From sequence record OZ035759.1: 64,000 bases of DNA; one strand, given 5' to 3'. Positions 17,272 through 25,566 of the stretch are shown here, one piece after another. The translations under genes were made by a program, and so were the position numbers. A model generated the notes under the pieces. That model was not told the origin of the DNA. It made no database searches and worked only from the letters and a program-made list of their open reading frames with translations. This stretch comes from Mosigvirus mar005p1. Positions within the stretch are counted from its first letter, which is position 1. The number at the start of each line of letters is the position of its first letter.

Positions 17272-17574
17272 TTAGATAGATGTAGGCTCTAATTTTATTT
17301 TCATGAACTCGGCAAATTGTCTGGCAGTTTTTATGCCTTGTTCATGACATTCAAATGCATCATCACAGGGGCTATTTTTGTAATGCTTTGCCATATACTT
17401 ATAGAATTTTTCAGAATTCTCGACATTTTGAATTTCAAACAAAGTATATACGTTTTTAATCCCTGATTCCATAAAGTTATCAAAATATGGGTCGATATAT
17501 GCAGTACCAACGATAGGAGTTGTTGCTGCAAAAAACCCCAGCATCGCCATGACAGCTATCGCTCTTAAGGCCAT
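17272..17574 (-). CDS. rI: RI antiholin (lysis inhibition)
   Basis: 100 aa; N-terminal signal-anchor MALRAIAVMAMLGFFAA and strong match to recalled T4 RI (DPYFDNFMESGI..NSPCDD.FEC). Confidence 0.85.
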   Translation of the reverse strand: MALRAIAVMAMLGFFAATTPIVGTAYIDPYFDNFMESGIKNVYTLFEIQNVENSEKFYKYMAKHYKNSPCDDAFECHEQGIKTARQFAEFMKIKLEPTSI

Positions 17575-17586
17575 ATAGGCCTCCTG

Positions 17587-17799
17587 TTAATTTTGGCCAG
17601 TATTTATTTTTCGCCTTTGGACGGCCTTAACATCTGTGAGGTATTTTTCCAGCTTGCGCTTGCGTGTATAATCAGCTTTAGAACCAGTTTGACGGATATC
17701 CTCGTTTAAATGAGAAATAGAATGTCCTAATTCTCTTCGGATTTCATCCAATTGGGTTACAGTAAGATTACGAAGTTGTCTTTCGTTTAATTGCTGCAT
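17587..17799 (-). CDS. hypothetical protein (70 aa), rI.1 position
   Basis: ORF between rI and tk. Confidence 0.5.
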   Translation of the reverse strand: MQQLNERQLRNLTVTQLDEIRRELGHSISHLNEDIRQTGSKADYTRKRKLEKYLTDVKAVQRRKINTGQN

Positions 17800-17826
17800 A
17801 TATACCTCTTGGTTAGATATTAGTAT

Positions 17827-18408
17827 TTATAACAACCCTGTCAAATCGTTCCAATGCTTCCGGCATAATGACACATATCTATCGGTATCACCAATTTCAA
17901 TTTGACTGCCATCTGTAATTGGAAGTCCATCTTCCGTGACTCTAGCTACCATTGTGGCCTTTTTACCGCAATGACAGACACCTTTAAGTTCAACAAGCTT
18001 ATCGGCAATAGCCATTAATGCTTGAGAACCTTCAAATAGATTACCTTTAAAATCTGTTCGTAGTCCATATGCCATTACCGGCACATTGTATACGTCAACA
18101 ATACGACTAAGTTGATACACCTTTTCAGTAGTTAAGAACTGAGCTTCATCAACAAATACACAGTGAATATCCTTTTGTGCTGCAGCCCATTTATAGAATT
18201 CAAAGATATCCATGTCTTTTGTAATTATATTGGCATCCTGACGAATACCAATACGAGAGACTATTTCACCTTTTGAATCGCGAGTATCAATAGCCGGTTT
18301 AAGAACTAATACACCCATGCCACGTTCTTTATAGTTATGTGCGGCAGTAAGTAATGAAGCGGACTTACCAGCGTTCATAGCGGCATAGGTAAAAATTAAA
18401 CTAGCCAT
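17827..18408 (-). CDS. tk: thymidine kinase
   Basis: 193 aa; P-loop AMNAGKS; Zn-ribbon cysteines (CHCGKKAT..LCRKHW). Confidence 0.9.
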   Translation of the reverse strand: MASLIFTYAAMNAGKSASLLTAAHNYKERGMGVLVLKPAIDTRDSKGEIVSRIGIRQDANIITKDMDIFEFYKWAAAQKDIHCVFVDEAQFLTTEKVYQLSRIVDVYNVPVMAYGLRTDFKGNLFEGSQALMAIADKLVELKGVCHCGKKATMVARVTEDGLPITDGSQIEIGDTDRYVSLCRKHWNDLTGLL

Positions 18409-18417
18409 AAGAGTCCT

Positions 18418-18600
18418 TTATAGTGAATTCACATAGTCAATGAGTTCTTGTTCTTTCCTGTCAAATGATTCCATCAATGCGTGATATTCTTCATCTGTTA
18501 AAGGAGCATATTCATCATACGCATTGGTGGCCGCTTGCTCATCCAATAGGTCGTGGATAAGTTCGAACAGTTTAGTTTTCTCTTCTTTAGTCAATTTCAT
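18418..18600 (-). CDS. hypothetical acidic protein (60 aa)
   Basis: ORF immediately downstream of tk. Confidence 0.45.
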   Translation of the reverse strand: MKLTKEEKTKLFELIHDLLDEQAATNAYDEYAPLTDEEYHALMESFDRKEQELIDYVNSL

Positions 18601-19091
18601 TTAGGTTCCCAATCAACAATCACAATTTCTAGTTTAGTGGAATACGTATCTAAAATCTCTTCGATGACATCCCAGTTTCCACCACCAATACCTGCACCAA
18701 TTCTTGGCATATAAATTACAGGCTTTGTTATCTTATTCTTTCCGAATTCATTTAATTCTATTATACAATTCATTAAAGCAGAGTACTCAAAATTAGGTCC
18801 CGGTTCAAACTGCGTATAAAGATTAAAGCAATAAGCTTTATGGGTCTTAAAATATTTTTCATAAACCGAATAAGTTCCGAGTTTAGACTCATCTCCGAAT
18901 TCGGTTTGAAGTTTATCGGCTTCCAGAATTTTTGGATAAGCCTTTGCTAATTGTCCTGCTACACCGGCGCCCATTGTATGAAAACAATTACACCCATGAG
19001 CAATATTATTACCTTTAGAAAACAGGGCGACAATATCGCCCTTGATATAGTTTTTAATCACTTGCTGCAAGTCCTCTATTATAAGAGTCAA
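18597..19091 (-). CDS. macrodomain protein (predicted ADP-ribose binding/hydrolase)
   Basis: Motifs NNIAHGCNCFHTMGAGVAG and PRIGAGIGGG typical of macro domains; track start is TTG, true start uncertain. Confidence 0.65.
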   Translation of the reverse strand: MTLIIEDLQQVIKNYIKGDIVALFSKGNNIAHGCNCFHTMGAGVAGQLAKAYPKILEADKLQTEFGDESKLGTYSVYEKYFKTHKAYCFNLYTQFEPGPNFEYSALMNCIIELNEFGKNKITKPVIYMPRIGAGIGGGNWDVIEEILDTYSTKLEIVIVDWEPK

Positions 19092-19401
19092 CTAGACGGT
19101 CCACCATAGAATTGCATGCTGCCTTATCTTTAGGTTCCGCCACCGAGCATTCTAATATTTGCCATTTTTTATAGTATCTTTTAATTAAGGTAGACGCCTT
19201 GAACCTACTAGACGCCCCATCTTTTTCTCCGTCTTTATATGCGTATAACAATTTTTGTGAAAAATCTACTTTACACTCTTGACTTTTACCACAATAATCA
19301 GACGCCGTTCTGTTTGTATACTCCGTTACATCAGTATATGTAGTATTAGCAAGAGCGTTAAATGAAACCAAGCCAACTATTAAAGCCAACATTTTGGTCA
19401 T
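19054..19401 (-). CDS. secreted Cys-containing protein (115 aa)
   Basis: Signal peptide MTKMLALIVGLVSFNALA; four Cys in mature part. Confidence 0.55.
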   Translation of the reverse strand: MTKMLALIVGLVSFNALANTTYTDVTEYTNRTASDYCGKSQECKVDFSQKLLYAYKDGEKDGASSRFKASTLIKRYYKKWQILECSVAEPKDKAACNSMVDRLVDSYNRGLAASD

Positions 19402-19940
19402 TCTTTTATTTCCAGTAGTTTATTTGATTTAAGGTAATTAGCCTTTTCTAGGACTTCAGAAGCATATTTACTTCCAGCACTTGTCTTCCATCCCGCATTA
19501 TATGAGGATATAGCTTTTCTTATATCCCCGTTATGTATATTTAACCAATAAGAAAATTCGATATAAGCCCATCTGGCTGAATTAGACCGCTTAGATAGCA
19601 TTTTCTTAATTTGGGCATCAGTCATATTATAACCAAGCTGGTTAATTCTTGCCCTCATTGTTGGTAGATAGTTTTGGAACATTCCATACGCATGGTGACC
19701 TTTCTTATCTTTAAGATTAACACCGGCAGATGATTCTTGCCATAGTATTGCGGCCATTATGTATCCAAGTCCTTTCTTATGCATATTTTCATGCGTTTTA
19801 AATTTTCCGTCCTTAGAAAACTGTTCCCCAAACTGATAAGCATAATTCAAGTTATCGAGTTGGACATTACTAAAAGTATGCTCGGAGCTATGTGCTGATA
19901 ATGAAAGAGCAAATAGACCAGCGAGTAGTGCTTTTCTCAT
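19398..19940 (-). CDS. periplasmic lytic transglycosylase (SLT domain)
   Basis: Signal peptide MRKALLAGLFALSLSAHS; SLT motifs WQESSAG, YGMFQ, SYNAGW. Confidence 0.7.
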   Translation of the reverse strand: MRKALLAGLFALSLSAHSSEHTFSNVQLDNLNYAYQFGEQFSKDGKFKTHENMHKKGLGYIMAAILWQESSAGVNLKDKKGHHAYGMFQNYLPTMRARINQLGYNMTDAQIKKMLSKRSNSARWAYIEFSYWLNIHNGDIRKAISSYNAGWKTSAGSKYASEVLEKANYLKSNKLLEIKE

Positions 19941-19948
19941 GTTTACCT

Positions 19949-20407
19949 CTAGATTTTAATCACTGCTTTAGAAGCTTTTCCTGGTAGTCGTTTACTGTTA
20001 ATAATAGCCATTCTGCATTGAAGAGTCTTCATTTTGAATGCTGGATTTTCGCGACAAACTGTAAGTCCTAACCAAAGATTTCCATCAGTTATTTCTAAAC
20101 GGCCTGGGCGGTATTCGACACCTTCGACAAAATCTTCATCAACGTCTGGACGTGCCGGCATTGATAAAAATTCTGTAACTTCTTTAACATGATTTTTTAC
20201 TTTATGAAATAATTCAAAAACGTAATTCTCATCTATTTCTCTCTGGATGGCACGATCTAAGAGATGTTGAGAATACTTGATATGAAAGCCTGGTAGTCCA
20301 AGAGACTTTGCAGCATCTTTTATACCGGCATTTATTTTGCGGAACTCCGTTTCAAAGATTCGACGGAGTTTATTACGGCGGATAAAAACTTCCGAATTGA
20401 TAGTCAT
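19949..20407 (-). CDS. regB: RegB endoribonuclease
   Basis: 152 aa; near-identical to recalled T4 RegB (MTIN.EVFIRRNKLRR..YSQHLLDRAIQREIDE.YVFELFHK). Confidence 0.9.
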   Translation of the reverse strand: MTINSEVFIRRNKLRRIFETEFRKINAGIKDAAKSLGLPGFHIKYSQHLLDRAIQREIDENYVFELFHKVKNHVKEVTEFLSMPARPDVDEDFVEGVEYRPGRLEITDGNLWLGLTVCRENPAFKMKTLQCRMAIINSKRLPGKASKAVIKI

Positions 20408-20463
20408 TTTGATTTCTCCTCTAGTTGACAGATCTATAGTAACACAACTAGAGGAGAAGTAAA

Positions 20464-20763
20464 CTACTCTTTGAAAGGAATTAACTTTTTAACTGCTTTA
20501 GATACTTCGTCACGAACCTGGTGGAAGTTCTTGAGCTGTTCAAGGCGTTGTTCGTAATACGCAATCTCATCTTCTTCAAGACAATCGTCAGCGTCTTCTT
20601 TCAGATATGCCTTGTACTCATTAAAGAGGGCCCATAGGCGGTTCTCAAAGTCATCAAGGCTTTGAATTTTCTTGTGCTTCGGAACAAGGCCAAAAGGATT
20701 GCTTTCAGTTATGCGTCGAGATGCTTCATAATGAGTTCCAAAGCCTGATAGGATTTGAGCCAT
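20464..20763 (-). CDS. hypothetical protein (99 aa), regB-denV interval
   Basis: ATG at 20761-20763 with GAGGAAA SD; by gene order probably a vs.x-type ORF. Confidence 0.5.
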   Translation of the reverse strand: MAQILSGFGTHYEASRRITESNPFGLVPKHKKIQSLDDFENRLWALFNEYKAYLKEDADDCLEEDEIAYYEQRLEQLKNFHQVRDEVSKAVKKLIPFKE

Positions 20764-21008
20764 TAGTATTTTTCCTCTGGTTGAAATACCGCACGACAAG
20801 CCCACATACTAGCTTCCTTTAGGCGTTCTTTAGCACAGTTCAATTGGGACAAAGCTGTCAAAGCTTCAGGAGTATTCGCAGACAACGCTTCTTCCGCCAA
20901 GGCATCGAAAATAAGCCCTAATCGAACTTCTGCATCTTTAATAGCGTTCACTTTACCGATTTTATCATCGGTATGCGGCTTGTAGCCTTTGATGTCTTCA
21001 ATCGACAT
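20763..21008 (-). CDS. hypothetical helical protein (82 aa)
   Basis: ATG at 21006-21008 ([10 protein letters not shown]); longer track ORF overlaps upstream gene. Confidence 0.5.
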   Translation of the reverse strand: MSIEDIKGYKPHTDDKIGKVNAIKDAEVRLGLIFDALAEEALSANTPEALTALSQLNCAKERLKEASMWACRAVFQPEEKY

Positions 21009-21222
21009 AAGGAATTTCCTCATCGGTGGCAAGGTCATATTCGACCAATTGGATAGGCTCATTAATACCATATCCACGTACAGTGATATCAGTTGTCGGA
21101 TAGTTTCCAGTAATATCACCCATTCTAAATGCTTCAGTGAATGATTGCTCTCCAGAGCAACTAAACCAGGCGGCAAAACATTTTAAAACATCTTCAGACC
21201 CTTCTATAATCAATTTAGCCAT
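20998..21222 (-). CDS. hypothetical acidic protein (74 aa)
   Basis: ORF with ATG. Confidence 0.5.
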   Translation of the reverse strand: MAKLIIEGSEDVLKCFAAWFSCSGEQSFTEAFRMGDITGNYPTTDITVRGYGINEPIQLVEYDLATDEEIPYVD

Positions 21223-21584
21223 TATAGACTCTCAGTAAAGGTACGAGCGATAACGTCGCGCTGCTGTTCCGGAGTCAGAGAGTTAAAGCGAACTGCATAA
21301 CCGGATACACGGATGGTCAGCTGCGGATATTTTTCCGGATGCTTAACTGCATCTTCTAGAGTTTCACGACGCAGAACGTTAACGTTCAGGTGTTGACCAC
21401 CTTCAATTTTAACTTTAGGTTGACGTTCAATTTCAATTTCACGGGCATGCAAACCGTAGAAAATTTCCGGGTCTACAATAGCGTCTTCTTTAAAAGTCTT
21501 AGAGACAATAATCCGGGCTTGAGTACCGTCTTCAAAATAAATAGTGCCTTTATGTGCACCTTCAAGAATTTGATATGCTTTCAT
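21222..21584 (-). CDS. autonomous glycyl-radical cofactor (GrcA/YfiD-like)
   Basis: C-terminal [59 protein letters not shown] carries the RVSGYAV glycyl-radical motif; matches recalled E. coli GrcA. Confidence 0.85.
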   Translation of the reverse strand: MKAYQILEGAHKGTIYFEDGTQARIIVSKTFKEDAIVDPEIFYGLHAREIEIERQPKVKIEGGQHLNVNVLRRETLEDAVKHPEKYPQLTIRVSGYAVRFNSLTPEQQRDVIARTFTESL

Positions 21585-21590
21585 ATAACC

Positions 21591-21899
21591 TCAATTAGAA
21601 AATAAATTTATCCAAGTTTTTTCTTTAATCAAAAATGGGTCGGAATTAAACGCCATTAAACTTTGAGTGATTAATCCCTTAAATGGCCCATCAATAAATT
21701 CCATTTTGAAATGCGGAATACTAGTCATCAACCGTGCATTAGGAGCAGTACAAAGAACCTGCTGCCCTGCGAAAGGACCTTTAGTCAAACGGTATCGTTT
21801 AGGTTTAAAATGGTAAATCTCGTAATTTTCTACAAGGGCCCTTTTATTGCATACTAGGCTGTTATAACAATATTCAAAAACTTCAATAGTGGTCATCAT
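21591..21899 (-). CDS. hypothetical protein (102 aa)
   Basis: ORF; 4-nt overlap with upstream gene. Confidence 0.5.
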   Translation of the reverse strand: MMTTIEVFEYCYNSLVCNKRALVENYEIYHFKPKRYRLTKGPFAGQQVLCTAPNARLMTSIPHFKMEFIDGPFKGLITQSLMAFNSDPFLIKEKTWINLFSN

Positions 21900-22504
21900 T
21901 GCATTCCAATCACAAAAAATTGAGGACGAGCATTACCGCCGATGCAATATTTGCTTTTGCAACAGTGTTGGACTGTTTTAATATGGATGTCGTAAATCTT
22001 ATCCATATCAGGAGCTTTAATAGGCTCGTCAATTATATACAGAATACGAGAAAGCGTTAATCCACGGAATTTAGAACCTTCATTGCCAATAAAACTACGG
22101 ACAGAATCAGTAAATAAACGGAATCGAATATCGTCGCTAGAATAACGAGAAAATTCTTTTTCAATGTTGCCAGCAGAAATTTTAGCATAAGCTGAAGTAT
22201 TAGAAAGAACAATAACTGTTCCACCATCATACAGCCAATTAGCAGCAAAGTTAGTCACAGCAATTGATTTACCTGATTGTCTGCCACCGTCTAAACGAAG
22301 TGTACAGTACTGCTTGAGTACGTCTTCAAATGGTGGGACATAACCGTTCTTACAAATTTCTTCTACTCTAGCATCAGAATGGTGTGTAAAAGCATTCATC
22401 AGGGATAGATAAGGACCAGTTAAAAATGTTCTCATTTTATTCTCTCTAAATTTGGGCCATTCCATGGCGCATGTTAGGTCCTTCGACTCGCTATGTAAAC
22501 CCAT
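21896..22504 (-). CDS. P-loop NTPase-like protein (about 180-200 aa)
   Basis: Walker A-like GGRQSGKS and Walker B-like ILYIIDEP; start ambiguous (ATG candidates near 22435 and 22465). Confidence 0.55.
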   Translation of the reverse strand: MGLHSESKDLTCAMEWPKFRENKMRTFLTGPYLSLMNAFTHHSDARVEEICKNGYVPPFEDVLKQYCTLRLDGGRQSGKSIAVTNFAANWLYDGGTVIVLSNTSAYAKISAGNIEKEFSRYSSDDIRFRLFTDSVRSFIGNEGSKFRGLTLSRILYIIDEPIKAPDMDKIYDIHIKTVQHCCKSKYCIGGNARPQFFVIGMQ

Positions 22505-22606
22505 TACCGCATTGCGCTCGACCTTATTACAGGTTGGAAAAGGTACATCACTCAGAGGACTCGACGTTCATGAGGAGAGGTTGCGTTTCCCTTTATTAGG
22601 CAAGAA

Positions 22607-22936
22607 TTATACTCTAGGCTTTTGAGCTTGTTTGGTATTGGATTCCCATGCGGCTTTGGTAATTTTGTTAGCGGCATAACCAAAGGCATTAGATAGAACA
22701 CCTTTAGAGTTGAATACATCCAATCCAATAAGTACACCGGCTGTGTTAAATTTAGGAGCAAAGTACGCATTAGTTTTAGAAAGAGCTTTTTTCAATTCAG
22801 GGTCTTGAACCAAGCCATCAAAAACGCCTTTACTATTTACTTTATATGTTACTTTGGGATTTTTACCTTCTTCGATAGCAGCTTTCTGTTCCGCAGATAA
22901 TGTAACTTCAGTGATAAACTCCTGATATGTTTTCAT
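22607..22936 (-). CDS. internal (capsid-targeted) protein, IP-like
   Basis: N-terminal capsid targeting sequence MKTYQEFITE (T4 consensus MKTYQEFIAE). Confidence 0.65.
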   Translation of the reverse strand: MKTYQEFITEVTLSAEQKAAIEEGKNPKVTYKVNSKGVFDGLVQDPELKKALSKTNAYFAPKFNTAGVLIGLDVFNSKGVLSNAFGYAANKITKAAWESNTKQAQKPRV

Positions 22937-22961
22937 TTTGTTCCTATTGATTTAATTTATG

Positions 22962-23276
22962 TTATTCTTTAGGGAAGTTTTTAGAGTATGCATCATAAAG
23001 TTTATTACCAATACGGCGGAAGACTTTAGCTGCAAAACGGTTTTCAGGGTTTTTAATCATAATTTGCATCATGTAAGTTCCTGCATCCGAAAGAGCTTCT
23101 TCATAGTACCCATTAATTTCTTTAAGAGTCCTACGTTTACCACCAGGACCATCAACAGTAATTTTCCATTTACCTGTAGAAGTGCGGCTCGGTGGCTCAA
23201 CTTGTTCAATCCAAATATAACCACCTTCAACGCGTTGGTTGGCGGATTCTGCAATAAATTCTTTATACGTTTTCAT
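22962..23276 (-). CDS. internal (capsid-targeted) protein, IP-like
   Basis: N-terminal MKTYKEFIAE; own early promoter. Confidence 0.65.
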   Translation of the reverse strand: MKTYKEFIAESANQRVEGGYIWIEQVEPPSRTSTGKWKITVDGPGGKRRTLKEINGYYEEALSDAGTYMMQIMIKNPENRFAAKVFRRIGNKLYDAYSKNFPKE

Positions 23277-23307
23277 TTTTTGTTTCCTTGTTTGTTTTGA
23301 TAGAGTA

Positions 23308-23337
23308 ATTATACCATATTAATACTTAAGCGTAAAC
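23308..23337 (-). promoter_or_regulatory. early promoter (GTTTAC-N18-TATAAT) for IP-like gene
   Basis: Minus-strand consensus upstream of the 22962-23276 gene. Confidence 0.55.
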
Positions 23338-23340
23338 AAT

Positions 23341-23601
23341 TTAAGCTTTACCGCCAGAAATAATTCCGAAGTTGTTAAAATCATATCCAATATCGTCAAC
23401 ATCTACTTTAGGGCTTGCTACAACATAAGCAATTTCACTACGTTTTGCATAGGTGTTGATTTCTTTACCATCGCCACCTAAGAAAGAATACCCATTACGT
23501 TTTAATGAGCCAAAGTCTTCGGCATCACCAACGAAAGCTTTAACTTTAAATTTAGGACCTTTGGCAACTGCTTCAGCGATAAATTCTTGATACATTTTCA
23601 T
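23341..23601 (-). CDS. internal (capsid-targeted) protein, IP-like
   Basis: ATG at 23599-23601 gives MKMYQEFIAE; AAGGA SD. Confidence 0.6.
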   Translation of the reverse strand: MKMYQEFIAEAVAKGPKFKVKAFVGDAEDFGSLKRNGYSFLGGDGKEINTYAKRSEIAYVVASPKVDVDDIGYDFNNFGIISGGKA

Positions 23602-23608
23602 TTTTTCC

Positions 23609-24022
23609 TTAGTAAATTGATTTACCATAGTATTTGTACCAAGTCGGACGTTGAGCAATTTTTTCATCTAAGCGTGCTTGACTTATCGCAATAGACGCTT
23701 CAGACGGGACATAATTATTACGAAATTCGACAGGGATGTCGGAAATATCCTGGACTGACGTGTCCTTGATTTTGAAACCACGTTTCAAACATTCAGCGAT
23801 TAGCTCGATTTGTCGTAAACGTAAAAATTCGAGTTTGTCGTAAAAGAATGTTACGTGACCTGTGCCTAAGATAAATGTTGGAGAGATTTTAAAATCCTTT
23901 ACACGTTTACCGTTTTGAACATGTTTACGGACTGCACCAAATACGCGTGGTAATTCACGATACTCAGCCATAAGATGTTGGTCGGTCAGTTCAGAAACAA
24001 GTGTTAAATTGATACGAGTCAT
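23609..24022 (-). CDS. denV: endonuclease V (pyrimidine-dimer DNA glycosylase)
   Basis: 137 aa from ATG at 24020-24022 ([12 protein letters not shown]); near-identical to recalled T4 DenV. Confidence 0.9.
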   Translation of the reverse strand: MTRINLTLVSELTDQHLMAEYRELPRVFGAVRKHVQNGKRVKDFKISPTFILGTGHVTFFYDKLEFLRLRQIELIAECLKRGFKIKDTSVQDISDIPVEFRNNYVPSEASIAISQARLDEKIAQRPTWYKYYGKSIY

Positions 24023-24080
24023 AATTTCCTCCAAGTAGTTGATAGATGTATAGTATCAAAGTCCTTGGAGGAAGTAAACA

Positions 24081-24362
24081 CTATTTTTCTGAAGCGCCTG
24101 AAATATATTTTTCAAGACGTTGTTTCATCAGCGAGCCGTTCTTAGCGATTTCTTCCGGTTTATCGCACATACGTAACAAGGCTTCAAGCTTAGCGATATC
24201 GCTGGTACGTTCAAATTTGCGAGTATCTATCTTACTAGCAAGTTCAGAAATACGTGCTAGTAGACTTTCGGCTTCAACCAAAGCTGCACCTAGCTTAGTT
24301 GCAAATGTGTCAGTAGCTTCGTTAAGAATAGATTCTGATAAAAATTCACTATATGTTTTCAT
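24081..24362 (-). CDS. internal (capsid-targeted) protein, IP-like
   Basis: ATG at 24360-24362 gives [10 protein letters not shown]; start overlaps lysozyme stop. Confidence 0.6.
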   Translation of the reverse strand: MKTYSEFLSESILNEATDTFATKLGAALVEAESLLARISELASKIDTRKFERTSDIAKLEALLRMCDKPEEIAKNGSLMKQRLEKYISGASEK

Positions 24363-24847
24363 ATATACGCTTTCCAAGTTCCTGTTTTAAATGTTGAGAT
24401 TACGCGTTTCGCGCGATTAGGTGTCTGACGATACCATTTAGATTGGGCGAGATTTACTGCCGCTTCATCCCAACGTTTCTGTTGAAGCATACGAAGAGAA
24501 TTAGTAAAACCGGCGACGCCTGATACACCCATTTGGAAGACCATATTGACCAATGCACATCGACGAACCGCATCTAAAGAATCATATACCGGTTTAAGTT
24601 TAGCATTACCCAAGATTCCGCGAACGGCTTTATCAACGTCTTCATTAAATAGCTTTTCAGCCTCATCAAGGGTAATTGTACCGTTGCATTTACGACCGAT
24701 CATTCTGTCAAGTTCAGCTTTAGCTACGGCTAAAGACGGGTTCTTTGTTACTAAATGGCCTATGCCAATCGTCCAAAAGCCTTCAGTGTCTTTGTATAAA
24801 GTCAGTCTAAGACCTTCGTCATTACGAAGCATTTCAAATATATTCAT
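24359..24847 (-). CDS. e: lysozyme (endolysin)
   Basis: 162 aa from MNIFEMLR; about 80% identical to T4 lysozyme (catalytic E11/D20/T26 context conserved). Confidence 0.95.
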   Translation of the reverse strand: MNIFEMLRNDEGLRLTLYKDTEGFWTIGIGHLVTKNPSLAVAKAELDRMIGRKCNGTITLDEAEKLFNEDVDKAVRGILGNAKLKPVYDSLDAVRRCALVNMVFQMGVSGVAGFTNSLRMLQQKRWDEAAVNLAQSKWYRQTPNRAKRVISTFKTGTWKAYI

Positions 24848-24851
24848 AATA

Positions 24852-24871
24852 CCTCCCACGTTTATAGGAGG
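24852..24871 (-). promoter_or_regulatory. lysozyme e translational control hairpin with embedded late promoter-like element
   Basis: Minus strand CCTCC-TATAAACGTG-GGAGG-tatt-ATG: the SD GGAGG pairs with upstream CCTCC; TATAAACG lies in the loop. Confidence 0.6.
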
Positions 24872-24881
24872 TATTTATTAC

Positions 24882-25340
24882 TTATAGGAGGGTAGTGAGC
24901 ACCTTATATAATGATTTACCCATTACATATTCCCATTGAGAAGGTTTAATTAAAGCGAATGCATCAAATTCAGGAATCTGTCGTCCGTCTGGGAATGTAT
25001 GATAGGAATTACAAACACTGTTTCTGAATTGCTCGTGCTCTACAGGGATGGTATATAGGAACAGATGAATATTCTTATTATCTGAGTAATGATGTTCACC
25101 TAGGTCTTTCAGGAAGGCAGGGTCATATTGTGTAAACCCAGTTTCTTCTTCGCATTCACGAATAGCGGCTTCAATAGGAGATTCACCGGGCTCGACACGT
25201 CCTTTAGGAATATCCCACCGATGAGCTAAAGAACCTTTAGGACGAGAACCAGTTACACGCCCCATGAATAATTCTTTATCTTCGGTAAGGAAAATAATAC
25301 CGGCTGATAGTTCTTTCACTTTATTTTTCTTACTCATCAT
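24882..25340 (-). CDS. nudE: Nudix hydrolase
   Basis: Nudix box GRVEPGESPIEAAIRECEEETGF; immediately follows e as in T4. Confidence 0.8.
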   Translation of the reverse strand: MMSKKNKVKELSAGIIFLTEDKELFMGRVTGSRPKGSLAHRWDIPKGRVEPGESPIEAAIRECEEETGFTQYDPAFLKDLGEHHYSDNKNIHLFLYTIPVEHEQFRNSVCNSYHTFPDGRQIPEFDAFALIKPSQWEYVMGKSLYKVLTTLL

Positions 25341-25566
25341 CTCGGCCCCATGATTTGGCCATTAATTCGGACATAAATTCTTCAATGCGCGTTTCTTTAG
25401 ATGGACTTTCACTATTAGAGACCGCAAGTTTGTAATCTGCAATAGGACAGAACATATCAAGGTCCATATTAAGATCGTCTTTGATTTTTTCTTCTGACAC
25501 ATCTTTATCGTATGTGTACAGATAACTATCACATGATTCTGATTTAATGTAAATTGCTATACTCAT
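25330..25566 (-). CDS. hypothetical acidic protein (78 aa)
   Basis: ATG at 25564-25566 (MSIAIYIKS). Confidence 0.45.
   Translation of the reverse strand: MSIAIYIKSESCDSYLYTYDKDVSEEKIKDDLNMDLDMFCPIADYKLAVSNSESPSKETRIEEFMSELMAKSWGRDDE

Noticed and set aside
22552-22770. Minus-strand ORF (72 aa) overlapping the IP-like gene at 22607-22936
   Set aside because: Alternative frame of a gene with a clear capsid-targeting N-terminus; no SD.
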